Shown: positions 31,555-41,638, counted from the stretch's first letter. The stretch is DNA of 64,000 nucleotides from Candidatus Latescibacterota bacterium (GCA_965261395.1 OZ253462.1:2656001-2720000), one strand, 5' to 3'. Made by a program: numbers and translations. Notes: generated by a model from the sequence alone, not told the origin.

Positions 31555-32592
31555 CTACCCGATCATTTCCCGGGTCGCCTCCACCACGTAATTCACGTCT
31601 TCTCGCTCCACGTGCCGGTTCGCCACCAGCCGCGCCCCGTGCGGCGGCCGCGGATTGCACAACACCCCCCGCGCCTTCCACTTGGCCACTAGATCGGCAG
31701 CCGACCACCCCAAGGCCGCAAAATCCACCTTGAGGATGTTGGTCGGTCGCGGCGGAAAAGTCACCTCGATGCCCTCGATTGCTCCCAACCCCGCGGCCAG
31801 TTCCCGCGCCACCGCGTGATCCTCGGCCAGCCGATCGGTCATCTGCTCTAGGGCCACGATTCCGGCCGCGGCGACGATTCCGGCTTGGCGCATCGCGCCG
31901 CCGAGCCGCTTGCGCATCCGATAGGCCCGATCGACAAAGTCCCTGCTGCCGCACAGCAGCGAGCCAACCGGCGCGCTCAGTCCCTTGGAGACGCAGAACA
32001 TCACGGAGTCAACGTGCTGAGTGTATTCTGGAACCGTCGTTCCGGCGGCGATGGCGGCGTTAAAAATGCGCGCGCCGTCCACGTGTAGTTTTAGCCCGTG
32101 TTCGCGGCACGCAGCACTCACCGCGGCCACCTCGGCGACCGACCAAGCGTGGCCAGCGTGATTGTTGTGGGTGTTTTCGATGCAGACGACCTTGAGCGGG
32201 GCGAAGTGCGGGTTGTCGGCGCGGACTGTCTCGCGTACTTGGTCGGCGGTGATGACGCCGTGCTCGCCAGCAGCGATGCGCGCGGACAACCCGGCGAGCG
32301 AGGCGTAGGTGCCGGCCTCCCAGTAATACATGTGAGCCTGCTCCTCAAAGAGCACTTCGTCTCCCCAGTTGGTGTGGGTCATCAAGGCGCAGGCATTGCC
32401 CATCGTACCCGAAGGCACGTAGAGCGCGGCTTCCATGCCTACCTTTTCGGCCGCTAATTCTTGCAGGCGGTTGACCGATGGGTCTTCGCCGTACACATCG
32501 TCGCCCAACGGCGCGCAGGCCATGGCCTCCTGCATGGCCTTAGTCGGCAGGGTAATCGTGTCGCTACGCAGATCTATTGTCTTGTCACTCAT
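31555..32592 (-). CDS. ltaE: Low-specificity L-threonine aldolase
   Basis: [39 protein letters not shown]. Confidence 0.9.
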   Translation of the reverse strand: MSDKTIDLRSDTITLPTKAMQEAMACAPLGDDVYGEDPSVNRLQELAAEKVGMEAALYVPSGTMGNACALMTHTNWGDEVLFEEQAHMYYWEAGTYASLAGLSARIAAGEHGVITADQVRETVRADNPHFAPLKVVCIENTHNNHAGHAWSVAEVAAVSAACREHGLKLHVDGARIFNAAIAAGTTVPEYTQHVDSVMFCVSKGLSAPVGSLLCGSRDFVDRAYRMRKRLGGAMRQAGIVAAAGIVALEQMTDRLAEDHAVARELAAGLGAIEGIEVTFPPRPTNILKVDFAALGWSAADLVAKWKARGVLCNPRPPHGARLVANRHVEREDVNYVVEATREMIG

Positions 32593-32680
32593 AATAGGTA
32601 AGCTCCTCGATTGACGCTGTAATTTGCTCGCCCTATTTTAGGCGGTCGCAAAATCTACAAATCACAAGGAGTTGCGTCCA

Positions 32681-34315
32681 ATGGCCTTTTCTTCCAAAGG
32701 AATCACCCACCGCAGCACCGCCACGGGCCGCCGTGGCATGATCGCCTCGGCGCATCCGCTCGCTTCTCTCGCTGGTATGCGCATCCTGATGGAGGGCGGC
32801 AATGCCGTTGACGCGGCCATTGCCACGGCCGCGGCGCTCAACGTGGTCGAGCCGTATATGTCAGGCATTGGCGGCGTCGGCTATCTGCACATCTACAGCG
32901 CCCGCGAAAAAGAGCACAAGATCGTCGACTACGTCGGCCTCACTCCACGGGCGGCCACTCTGAGCCTGTACGACAGCGAGGACAAACAGGGCCTCGGCCC
33001 TCTCTCGCCGCTAGTGCCTGGTGCTTGCGGCGGCTGGCTCGCCGCGCTGGAACGCTACGGCTCGATGGAAGCCGCCCGCGTCTTCGCTCCAGCCATTGAG
33101 TACGCCGAGCAGGGCTACGCCCTCACGGTCAAGAACGCCTATTTCTATGCGGGCGCGGCTGCGAGCCTGCGCCGCTTCAAGACCGGTGGCGACACCTATC
33201 TACTCGACGGCGCGGCTCCCGAGCCCGGGGAGGTGGTAGTGCAAAAGGCCCTTGCCGAAACCTTCCGCCAAGTCGCTGCCGGGGGCGCGGATACCTTTTA
33301 CAGGGGCGCGATTGCCGACCGCATCGTTCGCTATATGGAGGAGACCGGCGGCCTGATTACAAAACAAGACCTCGCCGACTTTGCCCCGGCATTCGCCGAC
33401 CCAATCTCCATCAACTATCGCGGCTGTGAGGTCTTTGCGCCGCCGCCGCCCTGCCAAGCCGTCCAGTACTTGGAGACGCTGGCCATCATGGAGGGCTTTG
33501 ACGTGGCCGGCCTCGGCCACAACACCGCCCCGACCTTGCACCGCTTTATCGAGACTACCAAGCTGGCCATGGCCGATCGCATTGCCTACGCGGCCATCGA
33601 CGACCCACCGACCGCGGGCCTGCTGTCGAAAGAGTATGCTGCTGAGCGGCGCGCGCTCATCGGCGACAAAGCCCAGTTTACCGCGGGCGAGCACCTCGTG
33701 CCCGGCGGTCCGGTCGGGGAGGTCAAAGCGGGTGATCCGCGCGCGTGGATGAACGAATGCACGACCCATTTCGACACCATCGACGCCGATGGCAACGCCG
33801 TCGCCTGCACCCAGAGCTTGGGTGCCGGCTTTGGCTCGTGCATGGTGGTGCCGGAGACCGGCATTGCCCTCAACAACTTCATGCGCTGGTTCGACCGCGA
33901 GCCTAGCAGTCCCAATGTCATTGGCCCGGCCAAGAAAAACGAGATGTGCGTCTCGCCGGCCCAGATTTGGGACGCCGATGGCCTGCGTCTGCTCATCGGT
34001 ACCCCAGGGAGCTATGGCATCCTCCAGACGACTCCGCAGATGATTATGAACATTCTCGATCACCAGATGAATGTCCAAGCCGCCATTGAGGCCCCCCGCG
34101 TCAAGACCGGGAGCCCCGGCTTTGTCGTCGATGCTGAAAACCGCATTGACCACGAGGTCTTCGCCGAGCTGGAGCGCCGCGGCCACCAGTTCAATTTTCT
34201 CGGCGACTGGTCGGCTGGCGTCGGCGGCGGCCAGGGCATCATGGTCGATGCCGACACGGGTTCCTTTATGGGCGGGGCCGATCCACGCCGCGACGGCTAT
34301 GCCCTCGGCTGGTGA
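32681..34315 (+). CDS. ggt: Gamma-glutamyltransferase family protein
   Basis: GGNAVDAA, SGIGG, catalytic TTH, GTPG and DPRRDG; no signal peptide. Confidence 0.88.
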   Translation: MAFSSKGITHRSTATGRRGMIASAHPLASLAGMRILMEGGNAVDAAIATAAALNVVEPYMSGIGGVGYLHIYSAREKEHKIVDYVGLTPRAATLSLYDSEDKQGLGPLSPLVPGACGGWLAALERYGSMEAARVFAPAIEYAEQGYALTVKNAYFYAGAAASLRRFKTGGDTYLLDGAAPEPGEVVVQKALAETFRQVAAGGADTFYRGAIADRIVRYMEETGGLITKQDLADFAPAFADPISINYRGCEVFAPPPPCQAVQYLETLAIMEGFDVAGLGHNTAPTLHRFIETTKLAMADRIAYAAIDDPPTAGLLSKEYAAERRALIGDKAQFTAGEHLVPGGPVGEVKAGDPRAWMNECTTHFDTIDADGNAVACTQSLGAGFGSCMVVPETGIALNNFMRWFDREPSSPNVIGPAKKNEMCVSPAQIWDADGLRLLIGTPGSYGILQTTPQMIMNILDHQMNVQAAIEAPRVKTGSPGFVVDAENRIDHEVFAELERRGHQFNFLGDWSAGVGGGQGIMVDADTGSFMGGADPRRDGYALGW

Positions 34316-35464
34316 GTGGTGAGCACAGACGACAACTGCACCAGCACCCCCCACGTCGAATTCTCCGGCGTCAGCAAAAGCTACGATGGCCGCAACTGGG
34401 TCGTGCGCGACCTCGACCTCTCCGTACACAAAGGCGAATTCCTCACCATGCTCGGGCCGTCAGGTTCCGGTAAGACGACCTGCTTGATGATGCTCGCTGG
34501 GTTTGAGACGCCCGCTTCTGGTACCATCCACATCAACGGCGTGCCGGTCGGCGATTTACCCCCCCACAAGCGCGAAATCGGCGTGGTGTTTCAAAACTAC
34601 GCGCTCTTTCCGCACATGACGGTCGGCGGCAACTTGGCGTTTCCGCTGGAAGTGCGCGGCATCGACCCAAGCGAGCGGCAGGAGCGGGTGGCCCGCACTC
34701 TGCGCCTCGTGCGCCTAGAAGGCCTGGAGGATCGTCGCTCAGGGCAGCTATCCGGTGGTCAGCAACAGCGCGTTGCGATCGCCCGCGCCTTGGTCTTCGA
34801 CCCAGAACTCGTGTTGATGGACGAGCCGCTCGGCGCGCTCGACCGACGCCTGCGCGAGGAAATGCAATACGAAATCCGCCGCATTCAGCGCACCTTGGGC
34901 ATAACCGTCGTCTATGTCACGCACGATCAGCAGGAGGCCATGGTCATGTCGGATCGGGTCGCCGTCTTTCGCGGCGGAGTGATCGAGCAGATCGCGTCTC
35001 CAGAAGTGCTTTACGAAGAGCCGGAACGCGCTTTTGTGGCCCATTTTATCGGCGAGAACAACCGCCTACACGGCGTGGTGCGCACGGTCGGCGACGGCGT
35101 GTGCGAAGTGGAGGTCGGCGATGCGCTCATCAAGGCCGTGAGCTTGGGGCAATGCCCACCGGGGGCTGCCGCGACGGTCGTCATTCGCCCGGAGCGAGTG
35201 GAGCTCTCGCCGAGTGCGGGCCTACACGCGTACTCCAACGAGTTTGAGGCCGATATCGAGGATATAGCATTTCTCGGCGATCACCTGCGGCTGCGCCTAA
35301 AGCTGTGCGGGCACTCGGGCTTCATCGTCAAGATCCCCAACGTCGTGGGCCAGGGAGCGGTGTTGGAGGGAGATCGGGTCCGCGTCGGCTGGACCGCGCT
35401 GGACTGCCGCGCGCTGCAACCCGATGCTGCTGACGATGGAGAGGACCCATCGGCAAGTGGCTGA
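34316..35464 (+). CDS. Polyamine-type ABC transporter ATP-binding protein (PotA-like)
   Basis: GPSGSGKTT, FQNYALFPHM, LSGGQQQR, DEPLGALD, C-terminal TOBE. Confidence 0.9.
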   Translation: MVSTDDNCTSTPHVEFSGVSKSYDGRNWVVRDLDLSVHKGEFLTMLGPSGSGKTTCLMMLAGFETPASGTIHINGVPVGDLPPHKREIGVVFQNYALFPHMTVGGNLAFPLEVRGIDPSERQERVARTLRLVRLEGLEDRRSGQLSGGQQQRVAIARALVFDPELVLMDEPLGALDRRLREEMQYEIRRIQRTLGITVVYVTHDQQEAMVMSDRVAVFRGGVIEQIASPEVLYEEPERAFVAHFIGENNRLHGVVRTVGDGVCEVEVGDALIKAVSLGQCPPGAAATVVIRPERVELSPSAGLHAYSNEFEADIEDIAFLGDHLRLRLKLCGHSGFIVKIPNVVGQGAVLEGDRVRVGWTALDCRALQPDAADDGEDPSASG

Positions 35465-36689
35465 CCAAGTAACAGCACAGACGGGTTTAGACGCGTCCAA
35501 GCAGCAGGCGCGACAGCGGCGGCGAGCGGTCGGGCTGGCCCTGCCGCTGATCGCCTTTGTCTTGGCGACCTTTGTCGCGCCACTCGGCACGTTGCTCGTG
35601 CGCAGCGTGTACGACCCTCTAGTTGCGGATGCGTTGCCGGAAACGCTCGCCCTATTGCGCGAATGGGATGGGACCAGCGCCTTGGAGGAGCTTGTGTACG
35701 CAACGGCCGCACGCGAGATGCTGCGGGCGCGGGAAGAGCGCACCCTCGGCCAAATCGCCACGCGCGTCAACCGCATCAAGAGCGGCTTGCGCAGCGTCGT
35801 CACGCGCAGTGCGCGCAAGTTGCGCAATGCCAGCGGCGACTCTTGGCGCGAGACCATGATCGGCATCAACGCCGCGTGGGGCGAGCCGGATATGTGGCTG
35901 GCGATGCGCAGCGCTGGGGAGCGGTTCACGTCTCGCCACTATATCAATGCGCTCGACCTCGTGCGCCAACCCGATGGCCGCATTGCCCGGCAGTCGGAGG
36001 AACGCCGCATCTATCTGCCGCTTTTGTGGCGCACGCTGGCCATTAGCTTTGGCATTGCCGCGCTGTGCTTGGTCATTGGCTACCCGATTGCCCACCTGAT
36101 CGCCCACGCGCCGCCGCACCGTGCCAACCTGCTGTTGTTGCTGGTGTTGGTGCCGTTTTGGACCTCCCTGCTAGTGCGGACGACGGCTTGGATCGTGCTG
36201 CTCCAGACCCAAGGCGTAATCAACAGCTTGCTAGTGGCGATCGGACTGGTCGCGGACGACGGCCGCATCGCCATGATATACAACATGACCGGCACGTTTG
36301 TGGCGATGACCCACGTGCTGCTGCCCTTCATGGTGCTGCCGCTGTACTCGGTGATGCGTTCGATTCCGCCTTCGCACCTACGGGCCGCGGCTTCTCTCGG
36401 CGCGACCCCCTTGCAGGCGTTCTGGCGCGTCTATTGGCCGCAGACCTTGCCCGGCGTCGGCGCTGGATTGCTGATGGTATTCATCCTCGCCATTGGCTAC
36501 TACATCACGCCGGCGCTGGTCGGCGGGAGCAAGGGTCAGCTCATCTCCAACATGATCGCCTATCACATGCAGACCTCGCTCAACTGGGGACTCGCCGCTG
36601 CGCTCGCCGTCATCCTGCTCGTGGGCGTCATCGCGCTGTACGTGCTCTACGACCGCGTGGTGGGCATCGACCGCATGAGGCTGAGCTGA
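35457..36689 (+). CDS. Polyamine-type ABC transporter permease (PotB-like)
   Basis: PFWTSLLVRT, LPFMVLPLY, EAA-like loop AAASLGA. The GTG start is uncertain (ORF opens at 35424). Confidence 0.88.
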   Translation: MADQVTAQTGLDASKQQARQRRRAVGLALPLIAFVLATFVAPLGTLLVRSVYDPLVADALPETLALLREWDGTSALEELVYATAAREMLRAREERTLGQIATRVNRIKSGLRSVVTRSARKLRNASGDSWRETMIGINAAWGEPDMWLAMRSAGERFTSRHYINALDLVRQPDGRIARQSEERRIYLPLLWRTLAISFGIAALCLVIGYPIAHLIAHAPPHRANLLLLLVLVPFWTSLLVRTTAWIVLLQTQGVINSLLVAIGLVADDGRIAMIYNMTGTFVAMTHVLLPFMVLPLYSVMRSIPPSHLRAAASLGATPLQAFWRVYWPQTLPGVGAGLLMVFILAIGYYITPALVGGSKGQLISNMIAYHMQTSLNWGLAAALAVILLVGVIALYVLYDRVVGIDRMRLS

Positions 36690-37504
36690 TGTTTGGGCGG
36701 TGGGCCTATCTCGCGTTCTGCACGGCGGCGTTTGTCTTCTTAGTCGCGCCCATCTTAGTGATCGTGCCACTCAGCTTCAACGCGGAGCCGTATTTCACGT
36801 TTACCGAGGGCATGCTGAGCCTCGATCCAGAGGCGTATTCACTGCGTTGGTACCGCAGCATTATCGAAGACGACGTATGGACTCGTGCCTTAATCAACAG
36901 CTTGGTCATCGGCGTCTCGGCGACTCTACTCGCGACCTCGCTCGGCACCTTGGCGGCCCTCGGGCTGGCGAATTCGGCTATGCCCGCTCGGAGGGCGGTG
37001 ATGGGGCTATTGATTTCGCCGCTGATCACGCCGGTTATCATCGCCGCGGTCGGGATGTTCTTCTTTTACTCCAGCCTCGGCTTGGCCCAGACCCACCTCG
37101 GCATAATCCTCGCCCATGCCGTGCTCGGGGTGCCGTTTGTGGTGATTACCGTAACCGCCACGTTGTCGGGCTTCGACCGGAACTTGATGCGGGCCGCCGC
37201 CAGCCTCGGCGCAGGTCCGCTGCGCAGCTTCTGGCGCGTGCAGTTGCCGCTCATCGCACCCGGGGTTGCGTCTGGCGGGTTGTTCGCCTTTGCCGCTTCC
37301 TTCGACGAGGTCGTGGTAGTGTTGTTCATGGGCGGCTTGGAGCAGCGGACCATTCCGCGGCAGATGTGGTCGGGCATCCGCGAGCAAATCAGCCCCACCA
37401 TCCTAGCGGTGGCGACCTTTCTCATCGCGTTTGCCGTCTTGGTTCTGTTTACAGTAGAATGGTTGCGCCGTCGCGGAAGTGGAACCGACTCTCCCGCAGG
37501 ATGA
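36689..37504 (+). CDS. Polyamine-type ABC transporter permease (PotC-like)
   Basis: ATG overlaps the upstream TGA; SLRWY, AAASLGA, SFDEVVV. Confidence 0.88.
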   Translation: MFGRWAYLAFCTAAFVFLVAPILVIVPLSFNAEPYFTFTEGMLSLDPEAYSLRWYRSIIEDDVWTRALINSLVIGVSATLLATSLGTLAALGLANSAMPARRAVMGLLISPLITPVIIAAVGMFFFYSSLGLAQTHLGIILAHAVLGVPFVVITVTATLSGFDRNLMRAAASLGAGPLRSFWRVQLPLIAPGVASGGLFAFAASFDEVVVVLFMGGLEQRTIPRQMWSGIREQISPTILAVATFLIAFAVLVLFTVEWLRRRGSGTDSPAG

Positions 37505-37650
37505 ACGCGATAGCCTAGCGACTAAGCCCGAGCCAAAAAGACCTTGAGGTACCCCTAAATTATCCGTATTACTTTGGGACGATGCATTAAATCCCAAAAT
37601 ATCCGGAAACATCGAAAAAATCCATAAACACCGAACCTGAAAGGAAAGGT

Positions 37651-38304
37651 ATGCTGAGATTCACCGAAGAAATTATGCTTCTTTTGCTCGACGATGAAAA
37701 CGGGAGCTTCGCCCGAGTGCCCGACCGGTTGGTGCGGTACGCCTTGGGCGGCGGAGTCCTGATGGAACTGGCACTGGAAAACCGCATCGACACCGACTTG
37801 GACAAGCTGACCCTCGTCGATAGTACACCCTTGCAAGATAGCCTGATCGACCCAATGCTAAGCGACATTGCCGCGGCGACTGAGACGCACGATACCCGTT
37901 ACTGGCTGGAGCGCGCTACCGCCCGCGCCGACGCGATCCGCGAGGACGCGCTCCGCCGGCTGGTGCAGAAGGGCATTCTCGCGAGTGAGGAGGGGCGCTT
38001 CCTGTGGGTATTTCGCTCACGGCGCTATCCGGCCATCGATGACAAGGCCGAGCTAGAGGTCAAGCTGCGCATCATGGAGGTGCTGTTCAGCGATAAGATC
38101 CCCGACCCCCGCGACGTGGTCATTATCTGCTTGGCGGATGCCTGCGGAATCTTCGAGCAGCTCTTGGCCAGCCGCGAGCTGGCTCGTGCGGCCGGGCGCA
38201 TTGAACAGGTGCGCAAGCTGGACTTGATTGGCCAAGAAGTGACCAAGGCCATCTGGGACATTGAAGCGTCGCTCGCCCTCGCCGTGCAGCCGCACATGTA
38301 CTAA
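37651..38304 (+). CDS. GPP34 (GOLPH3/Vps74-like) family protein
   Basis: LRFTEEIMLLLLDDE.G, LMELALENRI, L..KGIL and RRYP motifs match bacterial GPP34. Confidence 0.8.
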   Translation: MLRFTEEIMLLLLDDENGSFARVPDRLVRYALGGGVLMELALENRIDTDLDKLTLVDSTPLQDSLIDPMLSDIAAATETHDTRYWLERATARADAIREDALRRLVQKGILASEEGRFLWVFRSRRYPAIDDKAELEVKLRIMEVLFSDKIPDPRDVVIICLADACGIFEQLLASRELARAAGRIEQVRKLDLIGQEVTKAIWDIEASLALAVQPHMY

Positions 38305-38335
38305 CCGCGTGTAAAATGGGTCGTCGTGGCCCAAT

Positions 38336-38384
38336 AAAAAAAGGCGCGAGAAGCACAAACAATGTGTGCCTCTCGCGCCTTTTT
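38336..38384. terminator. Bidirectional intrinsic terminator
   Basis: A-tract, GGCGCGAGA.GCAC...GTGC.TCTCGCGCC stem, T-tract; lies between convergent genes. Confidence 0.85.
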
Positions 38385-38411
38385 CGTGCCCTATCGGCGT
38401 TCCGAGATAAG

Positions 38412-39818
38412 TTAATCCCGGTAGGAAATCCCAAAGAGAATCATCATCTCGTCTGTTGACAAGAAACCGAAGTTGATCTCTTGATCGGTCGTGTTGTCGT
38501 AGGTTGCCTCTAACCTGAAGCCCTCTCCTGGCTCTAGGACGAGAGGGGAGTCGAATCTCAGGATCGGCGGGTGGTCCCAGTCGTAGGCGGCGTAGATGAG
38601 CTCGCCGTCGTGCGCTCCCCCGATCATTTCGACCCGAAATTCTACCATGAGCTGATGCGCGTGCGAGAGTAGCTGCACAATGTGGGTCCGCTTGGAGAAG
38701 GTAAAATCCTTCTCTAGGGTCGTCACCTCCCCGGCCGGCAGGGAGATATCAAGATTGTTCAAAGAAAAAAAACGCGCCTCGTGCTCGACTTCAGATGGGT
38801 CGGCAAAGTGCAAGTTGGTATAGACCTCGCCGGTAGCGGGCTGACTGGTGCGATTGACATAGTGCGAGTTGAGGTCGAGCAAAGTGTTCTTGGGCAGCCG
38901 TATCGCCACTCCGGGCGGCAGGGAGACATCGATGAAAGGCCATTGGCTGCCGGCGATTGGCAGGTGGTAAAATTGCGTGAGTATGGTTGCAAGGACGTAC
39001 TGGCCGGCGCTGTTGTGCAACTCGCGATATTCGTAGGGTTCCGGCATGCGCTCGGGAGGTATGTCGTCTTGGAATGTGTAGAGTAGGAAGTGGTGCGAGC
39101 CGGACTTCATAGAGATCTGGACGCGCTCTAGGAATATATCGTCTTCGTTGTTCAGCGGATGCACGACAAAGATCTCGCGCTCGGAGTTGGGTTGTATCTC
39201 GAAAGGCGGCAAGTGCAGTTGGACGCCGTTTTCCGGCTCGGCCAGCGGCTTGAACTCCGGCTCCTCGTAGCGCGACTTGTCCTTCAAGATGTCTGGGTCG
39301 GCCACGTGGCCTGTCTCCGGTGCGCCCGCCTCGATCCAAGCGCGGATAAAAGCCAACTCGCCGTTGGTCAGCGGATTACCTCCAAAGGGCATTATCTCCC
39401 CGTAGTAGGGATGGTCGCCGTAGAAGTGCTGCTGGTCGGGAGCGTTGATCTTCTCCCACAAATAGCTCTTGAGGAGGCCGGGCATGCCCTGCCCGAGGTC
39501 GCTGACCCGCATCATCCCGTCGGCCGCGGCGGCCGCGTTCGTCGGAGCAGCACTTACGAGCTGTTCGTAGGCCACGTCCGGGGTGAGCACGAGGCCCGAC
39601 TGGCGCCCAAACGAGGTCCCGGCCGTGTGGCAGCTAACGCATTGGCCGGCGAAAATTTCCGTTTGGATAATATCCCAAGTCGAATCGGACTCATGCACGG
39701 CCGTTTGCACCGGCCCCGGGCCGTCGGCACTACAGCCGACAAAGATCGAGCCTATGAGCAAGCAGCGGCGAATTGCGCGGCCTGCGCGCTTGGGATATGC
39801 GGGTGGTAGCATAATCAC
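38412..39818 (-). CDS. Lipoprotein: c-type cytochrome domain plus copper type II (PHM-like) monooxygenase domain
   Basis: Lipobox-like FVGC; CVSCH; IMP; IRAWIEAGAP; SHHF, NSHY, SHAH and DEMM copper-ligand pattern. Confidence 0.75.
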   Translation of the reverse strand: MIMLPPAYPKRAGRAIRRCLLIGSIFVGCSADGPGPVQTAVHESDSTWDIIQTEIFAGQCVSCHTAGTSFGRQSGLVLTPDVAYEQLVSAAPTNAAAAADGMMRVSDLGQGMPGLLKSYLWEKINAPDQQHFYGDHPYYGEIMPFGGNPLTNGELAFIRAWIEAGAPETGHVADPDILKDKSRYEEPEFKPLAEPENGVQLHLPPFEIQPNSEREIFVVHPLNNEDDIFLERVQISMKSGSHHFLLYTFQDDIPPERMPEPYEYRELHNSAGQYVLATILTQFYHLPIAGSQWPFIDVSLPPGVAIRLPKNTLLDLNSHYVNRTSQPATGEVYTNLHFADPSEVEHEARFFSLNNLDISLPAGEVTTLEKDFTFSKRTHIVQLLSHAHQLMVEFRVEMIGGAHDGELIYAAYDWDHPPILRFDSPLVLEPGEGFRLEATYDNTTDQEINFGFLSTDEMMILFGISYRD

Positions 39819-39830
39819 CTACGGGAGCGG

Positions 39831-40673
39831 TCAAGTGCCGGCTTGGTCGAGCAGACCGGCCAAGTTCTGGCCCAAAATCAAACGCTTGTGCTCATCTGGG
39901 ACGAATGTGCAGTGCGTGCGAAATGCTTCGAGCGCGTGCTGGTAGGTCATGTTGGTTCGCACTACCGGGTAGTCCGAGCCCCAGCACAGCCGCTGGGGGC
40001 CAAAGTGCCCGTAGAGCTGGCGCACGATGTGGTGCGTGTCTGAGTAGGGATAATCCCACGAGACGTGCGAAGCGTAGTGAAAGCCCGAGAGCTTGATGTA
40101 GATGTTGGGCACCTCGGCCGAGCGCAGAATCTCCTGCAGGTTGTGGTGCGGCGCTTCCTCGCGCGCATTGGCCCCGGCCATGTGGTGACAGAGGAAAGAC
40201 ACCGACGGGAAGCGCTGCGCCAGTTCGCGCAGCGCTGGCTGCCACTGCGGCCCCAAGGCCAAGCTGGCGATCAGGTTCAGATCGGCTGTGGCGCTGAAAA
40301 ACGCGAGCCCCTCCTCGGAAGCAAACCACTCGGTGTCGCTTTTTACATAGTGAGTATAGCCCTTGAGCTGGTACTTTGCCGCGGCCGCTTTGAGCCGCTC
40401 GGCCGCGCCTGGGGTGTGGTATTCTGCCGACCACGAGCAATCCACATCAGCGAATTGCACCAAGCGATCTGGATAGGTGAGGATTTGTTCGGCGACGTAG
40501 TCGTTGTTGTGGGGATTGTGTTCGATGCGGGCGCAGACCAGCACGGCTTTATCGACGCCGTGGCGATCCATTTCCCACAGCAGTTGCTCGACCCGGCCGC
40601 GGCTGTTGTGATCGGGCACGGGCGGCTCGTAGGGCCAGTATTCCCAAGCGTGGGTATGCGAATCAATTATCAT
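39831..40673 (-). CDS. Amidohydrolase_2 family protein
   Basis: IIDSHTH, CHHMA, IKLSG, WGSDYP. Confidence 0.88.
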   Translation of the reverse strand: MIIDSHTHAWEYWPYEPPVPDHNSRGRVEQLLWEMDRHGVDKAVLVCARIEHNPHNNDYVAEQILTYPDRLVQFADVDCSWSAEYHTPGAAERLKAAAAKYQLKGYTHYVKSDTEWFASEEGLAFFSATADLNLIASLALGPQWQPALRELAQRFPSVSFLCHHMAGANAREEAPHHNLQEILRSAEVPNIYIKLSGFHYASHVSWDYPYSDTHHIVRQLYGHFGPQRLCWGSDYPVVRTNMTYQHALEAFRTHCTFVPDEHKRLILGQNLAGLLDQAGT

Positions 40674-40883
40674 AAGAAGCTCAAGGGGGTGTCATTGTTA
40701 AGGGTCAGTGGCGTATGGCAAAAGATACTTAAAAAAAGGACACTCTGCCAAATTAGGTAATGAACGTTGCACAAGGCGTGGCCGGGCGAATTTGCACCGT
40801 CTCGTACCACCCAAAAGAACCGTGTTTGTTCTGCTTTTTTGATTCTTGTTTTCGATCGTTGCGGTTGGTTCTGACGGAACCAT

Positions 40884-40915
40884 AAAAAACGCGGAGCAGA
40901 CAAGCTACTCCGCGT
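40884..40915 (-). terminator. Intrinsic terminator of the Spy/CpxP gene
   Basis: Minus strand ACGCGGAGTAG-CTTGT-CTGCTCCGCGT followed by T-tract. Confidence 0.8.
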
Positions 40916-40940
40916 CGTAAAGGAAAATGAGAATCGATGC

Positions 40941-41519
40941 TTACCGCTTGCCGCGCCAGCGCCTGCCGCCGCCGTAAAACGCCTCGTCCTTCATCTCTTC
41001 GAGCTTTTCGCGCTGCCCGTCGGTCAAGACGTTTTCCAAAGCCGTGCGGTGCTTTTGGCGCGATTCGCGCATCTCTGTGCGCTGCTCCTTGCGCAATTCC
41101 ACGAGCTGTTCCTTTTGCTCGTCGGTCAGATCCAGCCTTGAGAATGCGCCCTTACCTCCGCGCCGCATGTCGTGATCCTTACCTCCCCAGCCGCGCTGGC
41201 CGAAAAATTTGCCGCGCTTGCTGCGCATTTCTTTCATGGCCTCCTGCTGCTCGTCGGTCAAAATGTTCATTACGGCTTCGCGCTGTTCCTTGCCCATGGC
41301 GGCCATGGTCTCGCGCTGCCCGCGCATGGCTTCCATGTGCTTCTCGCGCAATTCCACGAGCTGCTCCTGCTGCTCGTCGGTCAGGTCGAGCTGTTCCAGC
41401 ATCCTCATCGCGGGCTGCCGGTGTTCCCGCATCTTTCCCCCGCGCTCGGCTATGGCCACGGTGGCCAGCGCGCCGAGTGCCAGCGCGACACCGGCTGAGA
41501 TGATCCATTTCTTTTTCAT
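40941..41519 (-). CDS. Spy/CpxP family periplasmic chaperone (LTxxQ repeats)
   Basis: Signal peptide; four LTDEQ/LTDGQ motifs in a duplicated unit. Confidence 0.85.
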   Translation of the reverse strand: MKKKWIISAGVALALGALATVAIAERGGKMREHRQPAMRMLEQLDLTDEQQEQLVELREKHMEAMRGQRETMAAMGKEQREAVMNILTDEQQEAMKEMRSKRGKFFGQRGWGGKDHDMRRGGKGAFSRLDLTDEQKEQLVELRKEQRTEMRESRQKHRTALENVLTDGQREKLEEMKDEAFYGGGRRWRGKR

Positions 41520-41608
41520 TTTACGTTCTCCGCATTGGATGGTTAGTTGGGTTCACCGCCCCTTGTCGGCGGCTCGTGAGAAACGGCCATTTCTCTTCTC
41601 TACGCCCA

Positions 41609-41638
41609 TTAGACCACCGCTTGATTCTATTCATTCCC
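41609..41638 (-). promoter_or_regulatory. ECF-type promoter GGGAATG-N17-GTCTAA for the Spy/CpxP gene
   Basis: Same -35/-10 boxes and spacing as the copy upstream of the ECF gene. Confidence 0.75.

Noticed and set aside
33200-34429. Long antisense ORFs (here, 7239-8009, 30842-31954 and similar)
   Set aside because: Shadow frames of well-supported genes, expected in GC-rich DNA
36065-36688. Long N-terminal extension of the 479-aa permease ORF
   Set aside because: Overlaps the PotB-like gene in another frame; the real start is the ATG at 36689
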